From Amphiscolops sp. MND2022 (Eukaryota), in the NCBI GenBank assembly GCA_964187785.1, contig OZ076412.1, positions 620,001-684,000 on the forward strand: 64,000 nt of DNA, in the 5' to 3' direction. Within the stretch, counting starts at the first letter, position 1. Every line of letters begins with the position of its first letter. A program made the translations under genes and the position numbers. The notes below the pieces were generated by a model. The model saw only the letters and a list, made by a program, of their open reading frames with translations, searched no databases and was not told the DNA's origin. Shown piece by piece: positions 38,167-50,127 of this stretch.

Positions 38167-38680
38167 CTATATCCCGCCTTTTTTCAGGATTTCCGTCTCT
38201 TCTCCAGGAGTAGTCTTTTCTCCAGGAGAAATATCTTCTCCAGGAGCAGTCTCTTCAGGAGCAGTCTCCTCTCCAGGAGCAGTCTTTGCTCCAGGAGCAG
38301 TCTCTGTTTCTATAGGAGGGGTTACTAACTTGGGAGGAAACACTTCACACTTCAACAGAAACCGTTTCATCGAAAAGTTCTCCTAAGGGAGGAATAGACT
38401 GTTGCCTTTCGGGGCTAACGCTGGGTGTCCTGTCGAGGGAAGTTCTGGCAGCTTTGGATGCGGGAGAAGCTACATCCTCCCTGGTTACATCAACAGGTGC
38501 ATCTACTGGAGTTGTATACCGCGTTGTGGTTCTAGCTTGCAGACGTCTCCATTTTTGACTGTCTTGTTTATGGCGCAGTAAATCCCAATCTCTCGTTAAT
38601 CTTTTTCCACGAACATTGCATTCGAATGAATCCTTCTGACGTTCTGAAGCAACAGTTTCAGTTGATACGTTAAGGATTTC
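38167..38680 (-). pseudogene. Zn-finger plus Pro/Thr/Glu-rich exon remnant with ETAPGE repeats
   Basis: FECNVRGKRLTRDWDLLRHKQDSQKW (C2H-type finger with Cys lost), then a P/S/T-rich linker and repeats TAPGAK/TAPGEE/TAPEE. Confidence 0.55.
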
Positions 38681-40222
38681 AACTACTTAGGAAGGCGGTT
38701 ATATGGGTGATGTACGAATACCCATAAGGCTATTTCGGAAATCAATTCAAATACTAATCATTTTCAGATCTGAAGGTAGTACCGCATTTCAACGGAATTT
38801 CAAATTCCCGTGTGTTGCAAAGCAAAGCAGTTTTGGGACGCAAACCATTTTTACTGGGCTTTGGTGGGCCCCACATTAAGTGGGACATGAAAACTGGGAC
38901 CCTCAAATGAGAAGTACTGAATTTGTACGCAATTAGCCGGTCAAAACGTCAGAAAAAGAAGTCAGAATTTTAATATCGTCTATTTTTTCACTCAATTCCG
39001 AGAACTATCTTCAAATCTGGAAGGTAAATTTATTGCATACTTTACATTACACTACATAATTCTGATGTTCTAAGCAGAAAGTGTTACTTGTAGAAAATCG
39101 AATCCGATGTGCATCAACCAGAAAATTCAATAATAAATGAACCACGATGTAAAAATCAAAATATAATTGTTTTTTTTTCTATTATCTTCAAGTGAAATTT
39201 CTATTTCCTACAGAGAAATATATTTTATAATGTTATTGTTTTTTGCTAAAATAATTATTTTTATTCGTTTGAGTCAGGCTTGGCAAATTTTGTGTGGCAA
39301 TAAAGATTTTCAATTTTACCAAAATCAAAAACTAGTTCCCCTAAAATGAAATCTTACTATCAACTATCGCAAAATTTAACAGGAATTGCAAAGTCTCAAG
39401 AAATTGAAAATCCATTTCAATTAGGTTTTTATTGTTATTAACATCGTCAACAGTTTTACTGTTCCAGTCTTTTTGTACAAAAAAAATAATGTTTCATCTA
39501 AATGAATATGATCAATTTTCCTTCAGCTGTCTCTGAAAACAATGCCCGCGACACTGGCGAACCTTTCTATATGCTTCTAACTTTAGTGGAAAATAATGTA
39601 TATAATGTCAAGTATTTTGTATATACAAGCCATTGTATATAATGAACTGCAAAACAACAAGATAGATTTGTAAATTATCATTTATCGTATCTTGTTTACA
39701 TTTTTCAAAGACAATTGATCTTCTTTTTCATCTGAGTCTCCAATTCATATAAGCAAGCTAAAAAAAAGAAAAAAGTGTGGCCACAAACAAAAACTGGAAA
39801 AACAGTTCTGAGATCACTGTAATTAAAATTTTTTGTTCCTGTTTTCTTCATTTCGGAAAAATGATGTCAATAATCCGTGATAAGTATTTTGATAAATATC
39901 ATTGCCTGAAAATTGAAAATTGTATCCAAGAGTTATCCTTCCCATACGGTCAGCTGGCGCGTTTAGAAGCTTGCAGAGAACTAACTGATAACAGACCAAT
40001 GGTACATTTAGGAAAATATATCTTACATTTTAATGATACCAGATCGTCGTTTCTCATCAAAACACTAAACGAAATTACTGGAATCGATTAATTTATCAAT
40101 CAACACGAAAGACAAAACTTTAGTTTGTTTACATTCAAATAATTTCCAGATAGCAATGATTTTTTGAAAAGTACTAGAAAAAGCAATAATTTTTAAAACA
40201 AATAACTTTTAATTACTTTCAA

Positions 40223-40381
40223 GGCAGTTTGTTCAAATGGTTAATGCATTTGCTTTTTAACCATAAAGTCGCAGGTTCAATTCCCGGGAATATAACCAAA
40301 AATATAAAGTATGTCTGCATTTTGCAAATAAATATTCCAAATAACCTTGAAATATTTTGTATTAAAAGGTCTTGCTATCAT
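40223..40381 (+). repeat. tRNA-derived SINE-like repeat (Lys-UUU-like head)
   Basis: TTCAAATGGTTAA, loop TTTTTAA and B-box GGTTCAATTCCC, then a body (AAAGTATGTCTGCA...AAAGGTCTTGCTATCA) shared with ~54165-54291. Confidence 0.6.
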
Positions 40382-40608
40382 GCGCTGAGGCCTGACAAAC
40401 TTTACGCCGCCCTGATCCGTTGCTTAGTGGACCGTCACTAAAAAACTTCCTGGTTTTTCGTGTTAAATAATTGTATCTTGTGGCAGGTGGGTCTGATATG
40501 ACCCGTAAAATCTCCTTCCGATCACTCTTTGCACTTGTTGGATCCAGCACAAACTTCCCTCACTGTATCGTTACGCGCTCCGGCTCTCCTACTGTGAGAG
40601 TGGCTACT

Positions 40609-41233
40609 TGTTCGCTCTGACTCTAGAGAAAAAAATATAAAGATAATGAGAGTTAATTAGTCTCGCGGTCTTAACAATAGCCCAACTTAACAATAGCTAT
40701 TCAGTGGTAAAAATCTCTCTCTAAAAATGGTATAAATCTGGTTTACAATCCTAGAGTAAATATAAGTTGAAATGTGGTATAAATAAATTACATTTGAATG
40801 AATTATTTAAGTTATTGGCTCTGTAAACAAACCACATGGTGAATCTTGAATGTAGGTTAAGTGGGCCCAGAAGCATGTTTACACTATGCAAATAACATTA
40901 ATTGCAACAGAGGCACATTCTAATGTGATCAAATGGGTAAATAGCATTGTTTACGTTTTGGCTCAATGACCTTGAATATTACACATGTGAGGGGTAAAAG
41001 GGGGTTATAGTAGGTGAATGACCTTGAAAAGCCTGGGTGTTTGTGTTAGGTAGCTGCATATGTGCGCCAAGTATCAAGTCTCTATGACTAGTAGTTGTCG
41101 AGAAAACTCCGACTGGGGGTGGGTTCGCCGATTAGGTACCCCTCGATTCTAAGTTTACAGAGATTAAGTTCTTGTTTCTCAACCAGCATGATCTGAATCA
41201 TTTTTCTTGGCCTTCTGATGACTGGCGCCAACA
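40609..41233 (-). mobile_element. Probable 3' LTR of the BEL/Pao element
   Basis: Begins TGTTGGCGCC right after the pol C-terminus and a purine-rich tract; candidate end GCGAACA at 40609 (far boundary uncertain). Confidence 0.55.
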
Positions 41234-44200
41234 TTGCTGGCACTGTTTGTCTCCCGAAAACACTTTCGTAGAACAAGGGTGCCAGTTTCACTACTGGTCT
41301 TTTGAGTTTTCCATCTTCAGTTTTCACCAGCGCTGATCTCACTCGCCTATCGCTTCCATGATAGACTTCTAACACTCTACTCATCTTGTAATGTGCTCTT
41401 TTCACATTTTCACCCACTATCTAAACCCAATCATTGACTTCCAGTTGTCGAACTGCTTCTTTATTCCATTTGGATCTCTCATTCCATTGTGGTAAATATT
41501 TTCTGTTCCATCGGCTCCAGATCATGTCTGCATATGCTTGTGATACTCTGAATACTCTTCTCAGATCTGTATATTGCTGAGCGTCAGGAATGAATGGGTT
41601 GCTGGACTCGCAAGTGTTTTTTTTCTCTCCACAAAAATCTGAGCACTTTGCAATCAGCAGGGGGTACTTTCACTTGGAGAAACATCGCTTCGACATCTGT
41701 TGTCAAGTCACTTTGTTTCTCCATGAATCTGAAGATAATTCCAATGAGCGATTGTAGGAGGTCTGGACCGGCCATCAAATTATCGTATAGTGAAACGCCT
41801 CTGAACTTTGAGGCAGCGTTGCATACTCGTCCCACTTTGTCCGGATTGTTCGGGTTCAGCACAGGGAGATGCGGAACGTACCGCTGAACTGTAGTTCTTT
41901 GGCAAATGCGGCTTTGCATTTTTCCAAATTAGCCCGACCTCATACCTCTCTCCATCGAACCTTGTGGTTGCCTTGAACAATTCGAGGGCCTTGTATTCCT
42001 CCTTGGACCTCCCGGATGCGCTGCAGTTGGAAGCGTACGATTCCATGCTCCACCAAGTTTTCACTTGATCCCCTAATGGATCCACTTCTGCAGCAACCAG
42101 ACTTTCAGTTGCAAGTTTTGCAGTCTCTTGTTGAGGAATTAGTTCACTGAGCATCCATCCCAGCTTCGTTTGCACTGACCAGTGCTTTGCGTTTCAACAC
42201 TTTCTATAGTCGATTGCTCTATGCAAGTGATAACAATCTTGGCCCAAAATCACTTTGACTTCTCCCAGATTGATGGTAGAGTCTTTCAAATCTGACAAGT
42301 GAGGACATGTTTCAATAAATTTCTTGAGGTTGTACGTTCGATTTCCTGCATTCACGTCGGCATGACTATAAGCAAAGATATCTTCTTTGACATTTCCGTC
42401 TTGATCTCCAATCCTGCCTCGAAGTCGTTTGCTACTAATATCTGAGATACCATGGTACCCTGCAACATTCAAATCCACTGTCTGTTCCGTCAGTTTAGCG
42501 CTTTCATCAGGCTCTTGTCTGCAAAGGACAGGCTTGCTCCGGAGTCACACAACGCGAACGTTTTCATAGTTTTGTTCCCACTCCCTATCGTTACGTCATC
42601 GACGTTTTCAACATTTTTCTTTAGTTCAACGTGCTTGTATGGTCTGTGTACCAATCTGCAATAAGAGTTTCCGCAACCATTGTCATCGCAGAGTCTACCA
42701 GAGCAATGTCTCATCAGATGTGCGTCTGACAAGCATTTGAAGCACAGCTTCAGTTCCTTTGCCTTTTGTCCTCTCTCTTCGACGTTCATTTTCTTGAACT
42801 TCTCACATTTCATATTGGATGTTTGCTATCTTTCAGCACACACTCTCGCTGATTTTTCCAATTGTCAGTTGCTGTGTTTGTTACTGATGTTGCAAATGTG
42901 GAGCCTCTGGCCTTTTCTTTGTAGCTCGACTTTGCGCGATCAGCATTCGGGTTTGAAGACAAAAACAGTTCATATTGTACTTCTGCTAAATCATTGAGCC
43001 ATACAGCGAGTCCAGGTTGATACATTTTCATTTGCTTCACATGAGTGAGCCACTTCGTTTTCATGTCCAGTGTTTACTTCCTTGTGGCACTGCCCAGAAC
43101 TCCTCCTGAGTTTAGGTCTCCAACGTAATTGAATTGTGTCAAAACATTCAGGCAACTCGACAAAATTCTTGCAAACTTGATCAATGCGGCTCCATCATAA
43201 GGTTTCATCGGAGGAAAGGAATAGATTCGCTTCAATTGAGCGTTCAAAAACATCTGAGGATTTCCAAAGTTTCGAACTAGCACGTTCCGTGCGAAAACTC
43301 TGCGAGCTTCAGTTTTGGCAATCTAGATCTTGTGAAGTAGTCATCTCTTGCATTTGAGGTAAAGTTTGGCCCTCGACTTGGAAAATACTGTTTCTCTGTG
43401 ATCGTGAACTGTGGTACTTGAAACGCACTACTCGGGTTGTCTCCATTCGTAGGTTGTATCCAGCTTTGGTCTGCCATAAGGATCATTGACGGCTTCGATG
43501 TGGTGAACAACTGGTTGTGCTGTTTCAATTTGACTGGCAACACCTATGACAGTCTTTGTTCTGTCCCTTCCATTATCTCGTACAACTGCTTCTGTCAATT
43601 TGGTCGGTTGCACTGAGGGTTTCAAGTCCGTCACTTGCGCGGAACATTGTCCTCCATGAGTTAATCGTACTGTAATCACTGGTGCTGAGACAGACGTTTC
43701 TGGTATACAGATGGCAGGCACGTTAAACGGCGGTGCCACGTTTTCAGCTTCTTCTGTCTTGTCCATCCATCCTGCAACTTTCGTCAGATTGTCATCTGGA
43801 GTCCCAGCTGGTGAGAAATTTCGGAAGCTAGAGACACAACTGCTCGACGCTTGCGCCATTTACACTTTCTTTTCAGCAATTTTGGGTTTGCGGACCAGCT
43901 CTTCTTGCAGGTCAGCTAGTTCAATTTGTTTTAGCTGCGTCAGGCGAGCTTGCAGCTCTTCTTGTTCTTTTATGGCTTTCAGCTCCAATTGCAGAAGTCG
44001 TCGTGCACTTGACGTTTTCGAAATCACAGATGTTTTATCACTTTTGGTTTTGTCACCTTGCGAATGTATGCTCAATTCTTCAATTTGCACCGATCTAGCT
44101 CTCTTTCTCGGATCTTGTCTGTCGTCTGCGCTGTGACCATCGAGTTCTTTTTGCTCGTCGTCTGGTTCCTGTTCCTTTTGTGGTGAGGTACCTTTTTTAC

Positions 44201-45635
44201 TGGATTTATCTACTGCTGAGTTTACACGAGCGTCTGCCAGTCTTTGTTGAGCGTCTTCAAGACTTCGCAAAATGGCTCCCTCGTCTCGTGACTTCAGCAG
44301 AGCTTCAAACTTCATTTTAATGTCAGACCTTTCCTGCAGCAATTCTTGACACGCTGCAGCATAATTTTCTTCGTTGGCTTCATTGTCATTTGCGATTGAA
44401 TCTTCTCGCAACTTTTCGTTGCTAACTATTAGTCTACCAATAGCTCGTTTCTTTTCGTCAAGATCCAAGAAATTTAGTATCTGATTTCCATCTTGCAATG
44501 CTGACCTCAGTGTTTTTACCCTTCCAATGCTAGAGCTTCGCTGCTGTAACTCAACATATCGGTTCTGCATTGCTCTGTTCACTGCTGAGAACATTTCGGG
44601 TATCTGGGGATGGTACTTGACTTTGATAGCATTTTCGACTGCCTTAATGAGCCGTCTCCTCTTGCATGCTAGCTATCTTAACTTCCTTTGCTTCACGTCG
44701 CAGTTTCTCTAGGCGGGTTTGAAGTTATTCTTGCTCTTTCAAAGCTTTCAACTCCAAATCGAGAACTCGTCATGCTTTTGATGTTTTTGAAATCACAGAC
44801 GTTTTGTTGCTTTTGGTTCTTTTACTTCGCGAACGTAAGCTCAATTCTTCTATTGGTAATGATCTAGCCTCATTTTGTGGCTCTTGGCTGTCATCCTCGT
44901 AATGATCATTGTCATCGATTTGCTCATCGTCTGGTTGTGGCCCCTTTGTGGTAAAGTGTCGCGGGACTTTATTTGTTGCTCTTGCCAATTCACATGGAAC
45001 GAGCTAATATTCCTTCCATGCGGTGCAGTTCACGGTAGTTCGAAGGATCTCCACCAGGTTTCAACATCCCATTCATTTCAATCACAATTTCAGCTCTCCT
45101 TTTGAGTTTCTTCATTGCTTTCAAGCAATGCTTTGTAATCCTGTGAATTGCAAAACGAATCTCGATTCTTTTCGATTTCATCTTCGTTTTTCTCAATCAT
45201 TTCATCACATTTCTCTTTCGAATTTTGAAGCTGTAGGAACTTCTTCAACTGTCCTTCATATTTCAGGCTTCGTATCATTGTGATCATTTGACCAATGTTT
45301 TCACTTCTTCCTTCCAATGACGTTTATTCATCACGATACCTGGATAACCTGTCGCTTTCATTATCCATTCTGGCTAATACTTGGCTTTCAGGAGCGATTT
45401 GTTCGCCTCGAAGAGTTTCTCCAATCCTGTCTGTAGGTCTTGCCGGTTTGGCAGAAGATCTGCAAGGTGCTCTTTCGTCACGTTGTCTTTGCGCAGCTCA
45501 GCATGTATTGTATCCACTTTGCCTCAAACATTTGAATTGCTTTCATGTTGCTCTCCCATTGTGGCTTGTTCATAGAGCTCTTCAAATGGTTGTCGATTCT
45601 TTTGTAATCACTTCTCTTTGGTTCAGTCATCTCAT
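41234..45635 (-). mobile_element. BEL/Pao LTR retrotransposon internal region, pseudogenised and internally deleted
   Basis: Gag (FGNPQ...AQL..I; knuckles CFKCLSDAH..RHC, CDDNGCG...RLVH), protease ALCDSGAS, RT N-terminus (YVPHLPVLNPN.PDK..RVCNAA, GPDLL, DVEAMFLQV, LRFLWRE) fused directly to the pol C-terminus (W.R...EYLP-like, GRV-like VRSALVKT..G.LKRPVVKLAPL). Confidence 0.93.
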
Positions 45636-45706
45636 CTCTTCTTGATTGAACTCAGTTTTCAAAGTCACAATAGCCCAATTTCCCACAACACAGTAGCCAA
45701 GTTTGG

Positions 45707-48700
45707 TGCATAGCTGGAGGATTGAAGTTCATTGAACGATGGGAAAGAAACGCAATGTGATTGAGCATGCTTTGGTGATTAGCATACGTGTAACGGATCT
45801 GCCAAGTTGCTTTTATTTGTTTATTCCAAACACTTCTAATTTTGAAATGACGAATTGCATCTAAGTCCAGCTTCTTCTAAAACTACGTAGATGTTGCTCC
45901 TGAAACAATAGTGATATTGCAAAAAGCAACAAAAGCAAATATCAAAATCGAATATGTATAAAACAAAAGCAATTTTTGAAAAATAATAATGAAAAATGCT
46001 TAGATTTTTGTATACTTTACGAATATGTGTGAAGATAATGCGATAAAAACTGTAGAAGTTACGAAGGGTTATTTTTTAGCTAAAATTAGGCCAAAATTGA
46101 GGTTTTTCTCACTTTTGATCTAGTTTTGCTTACACTTTTCGAACTATTTTTTGTTCAATTGACCCCCCGGAATAAATTAAACCCCTGATATGCTTCGCTC
46201 GAGAAATCATTATATAATCTCAACGAAAAGAACCTGTAAACTTAAGTCTTTTTTCAAAAATACATGAATTAGGACATTTGAAATATCACCACATAAAACA
46301 AACATACTAATACAATTTACAATTCACAATTTACAACAGTTTACTTTCGAGAAAGTTATATTGTCAGATTCGAACTTATTCGAAGAATTTTTCGAAAAGA
46401 AGTATATTGAAATCAAAAAATTGTAAGTGGGTCAAACATTCATGTACAGCGTACATTTGAGGCAGCGATAACCCTTTATCTCAAGAAAATTATTTTTATT
46501 TAAACAGGTCCTAACAGGGATGTTAATTATTGTATTGTAATATTTTCAAACAAATCAACCGAAAAATTTGAACCTTAGCCTACAAAAATCAATAACTATA
46601 TTTTCACTTCTGAAAAATCAATAAATGAAATTAATGTGCTCAAATACATACTGAACTTTCCATAATCAGTCATGATAAATTTCGCTCGACTAAAAAACCG
46701 CTTTGCCACATTCGAGTAGGTGGAATCCCGGGAAAGTGTTACAAATAATAAATTCTCCACAGGATTCGGCACAATTGTTGGAAAAACAGAGTCGTTAATT
46801 CAATAATTGTAATCGTTTAGTTTTTCTTGGGATAAAGGTTTTTCGCTCCTCATAAAAACATTTTATATAATATATTCACTCTTGGCTATAATTGGTTATC
46901 GAACACGCATTGGTGGAACAAGACACACTGTCTAAAGGTTTGACCGCATACCCCTTTAATCTTTTCGTTCCCCAGAGTTGGAAAATACTCGAAAAATTTC
47001 GATTATCAAAAATACGTGATACTTTTGTTTCTCCGCCTGAAGTTTTGTTATCCATTTTTCCTATTGAATAATTTGATTTCAAAAACGAACTGTTTCCGTT
47101 TCAATCTTTTACTAAAAGGGGACATTGGCTCAGATATCAACAGATAGGCGACAGTAGATACCTACCTCGTGAATCCTAATTTTATGAAACAATTCTGCCA
47201 TACTGTTTAACTTCGGTGATCTGTCAAGCGGAAGCTGTTGCTCTTAGCCATCGTCCCCTATATACGGTAAACCAACTTCAATATATATACGAATTACATG
47301 TGAATACTCCACGCCGCGTTTTGTTACACTTCGTTCGTTTTAGCTCAGACCAAAGATGAATTGTTATACATTTGTAAGTCCGTCTTTTGTAAAACCTTTC
47401 CATTTTAACAAATTGGTTTACTTCGTAAAAAACTCAAACCATAGTGTTATATTGATGATGATGTACATTATGTTTCTAATGATGTGTTCTACATACAATG
47501 ATTTGTGAGTTACTCCATTTGTGAGTTACTTCATTTATTATTCGGAAAAATGCCTAATTGTAAATTCCCAAAGAACATAAGAGCTGTGGCATCCCGAGGG
47601 ATCGGCACCACTAAACAAAAGGTACCGATGTCTCCCCAAATATTATTTTCTGCCAAAAACTAGTAAGGTGAAAAATTCTCAAGATTTCAATCAGAGTTTA
47701 ATGGCATTGAGGTTTTCGTATGTCCCACCAACAATTGGGCTTCAATGTTATCTATGTCTACTGGTCTACTTTCTTCCAGTAATCGGGGGTGTCAATTATG
47801 TATTTAAATAAATATTCGACCTCAAAAAATCTCTTCCCATATTTTCACCTCAAAGAAACATTTCTGATGGCAAAATTAAACTATTTTTCACAGAATAAAA
47901 ATTATTCGCACAATTTTGAGAAATTAATGCGTATCAAGATTGATAGGCACTTCCGATAGTCAGAGAATACATATTTCTATACATATGGTGAGCATACATG
48001 TCAAATAAATAACAAGGCGCTATGGCGGAATATGTTAGTGTGTTCCTATTCCAAAAGACTAGAGATCGTAAAATATTTGGCAAAACTATTGAAATATACT
48101 TTTCGAAATTTTGCATTCAATATCAACTACATTGTGTTTTTTCTGAGACCATTCTTCTAGTGAAAAAATGCACATCTTATCTCAATCATATTGCCTTTCT
48201 CTCTCTACGTTAACGCAAACACTTTACAGCTTTATTCAGAAATTGACTGTATAGGAATAACATTATTGGATCCTAAACTAAATACCAAATACAAAACTAT
48301 CTATGATAAGAACAGAACAATAAGTTCATTTTGTTGAAGCTGTAGTGAAACTACGGAAAAGTCTAAGAGGTTTACGTTTTCTCTTCTTTGGATTTCTGTT
48401 ACACTTCACGGGTTTGAACTTGGGTGTATTTGTGATGTTTATATTTGAGCCCTAAAAAGCATATCATGAAGAATATTGTTGGGTCTCCACAGATCATCGA
48501 AGTTCTACATCGTAACTATCTTCATCGTAAAATTTTTGTGTAACTTCGTACATCGTTTTCCCGATTGGGTAGAACACCTGGCAGTATGAACAAAACCCAA
48601 CTTTGCGTGAGAAATGCGACTTTTCAAGAAACTTTTCAACTGCGTTTTCGCAATGTTGTGAGACGAGTTTTTCCATTGAAGCGAGAAACGAAAATGGGTT

Positions 48701-48890
48701 CAGATTCGGTTAGTCTGAATGAGGACAGAATCAGTACATAAAAAGACTAGGTGAGAGTCTGAATAAGGAGAGAATCGAAACAGAAGAAGACTAGTGGAGA
48801 GTGTCTGAATGAGGACAAAGTTACGACAGAAGAAAAAAATTGCATGACTGGATCGTTTGAGTTTGGTTTGAAACAATGAAAGGAAAGTAA
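45707..48890 (+). repeat. ~3.2-kb non-coding dispersed element, copy 1
   Basis: Colinear with 54541-57660 from TGCATAGCTGGAGG to CAATG.AAGGA; no ORF or terminal inverted repeats seen. Confidence 0.92.
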
Positions 48891-49395
48891 GTTATTGTAG
48901 ACTTATTGCTAGAGGTCTTGAGGAAACCAGTTCACTTTCGCCAATTTTCATTCATTCTATTTACATCCCAGAAGCTCGGATTATATTTCAAAAACATCTA
49001 ACCCTCCAAATAAATGGCGCTAGTTTTTTTCGATAGTAAAATGAAACAAGATTTGAGAGAAGTTTGAAAAAAAATTGTCATTGAAAACGCCCGTAAAACA
49101 AAATTTTTAAATTTGGTTATTCCAAATATTTATATATGAGTTATTTATTCTACACCCTTTATTCCAGCGAAATAGCAACGCTATGTGATTTCGAGTTTTG
49201 TCTAATGTTCTGTTTTATGTTCGATTCAACTTTTCAGGTGCAATTGGCAATTTATTTTTGGGAAAAATACGAGCGCAAATGACTGGAAACGTAGATTTTT
49301 AACGAAAAAACTGGGAAGCATCCTCACGCGATTGAACATAGAAACTATTGTTGCGTTTGTAATAAGGTTGAAATAACCTAATCAAATCACCATCC

Positions 49396-49460
49396 GCTAT
49401 CGTCAAGTGGTAAATGCGCTAGATCCGTAAGCCGCAGAAAAGTGCTAGTCGAAATCAAGG
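49396..49460 (+). tRNA. Highly degenerate tRNA-like sequence
   Basis: A-box-like TCGTCAAGTGGTAAA followed by GCGCTAGATCCGTAAGCCG; B-box is poor. Confidence 0.25.
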
Positions 49461-50060
49461 TTAAGTTATATCAACTTTCAAATGTTCAATTTGTTCAACT
49501 CTTCAATTGTAACGCGACGCATTTGGTCTCGATGTAAAATTGGGGCTATAATCTTCATATAGTCTTCATATAGTACCAGTAAGACACCGAGCACCACCGC
49601 CCAAGTTATTAAACCAGAATTCTTGACTTAAAATGTTTCACTTGAAAAGAAAGTATTTTATGCCTATTGTTTCGGGTAGCTCTCAAGCTACATCTGCGGA
49701 GCTCAAGAAAGAGTTCTAACTAAGAAAATGAAGGAACTCAAAGATAGAGTTCAGACTATTGTGATTTGGGTCTTGACGTTTAATAACGGTATGAGTGATA
49801 AATGAAAGAAGATGTGTGAAAATATGAAGGCTGGTTGTTGACTGGGCATTGGGGAACGTAAATGACACTTACAGCGCAAGGGCAACAAAAAGGTTCCAGC
49901 AGGTTGTTTATATACGTTTACATTATTGAGCATTTGATCAGTGAATAAGTGAGCATCAATCGGTAAATAATATAAAAGAAAATTAGCAAATGTCAAGCTA
50001 AGTGATGGATCTATGTAAAAGGTGAAAAAATGAATAACCAAAGAAACAAAAAAGAACACT

Positions 50061-50127
50061 GACACAGATTCGAACTCGCGCTGACCGGTTCGAAGGCAAA
50101 GACTGATCCACTGCGCTAAGAGGACTC
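50061..50127 (-). tRNA. Degenerate tRNA-Arg(UCG)-like sequence / SINE head
   Basis: Minus strand TAGCGCAGTGGA, loop CTTCGAA and B-box GAGTTCGAATC; stems are incomplete. Confidence 0.5.

Noticed and set aside
39777-40091. 104-aa ORF; likewise the decayed frame at ~9780-10137 and ORF 28969-29385
   Set aside because: Protein-like in places but no identifiable family or splice support.
45295-49950. TGA recoding (Trp or selenocysteine) to explain in-frame TGA codons
   Set aside because: TAA stops and frameshifts co-occur in the same remnants; CGA-to-TGA decay is simpler.
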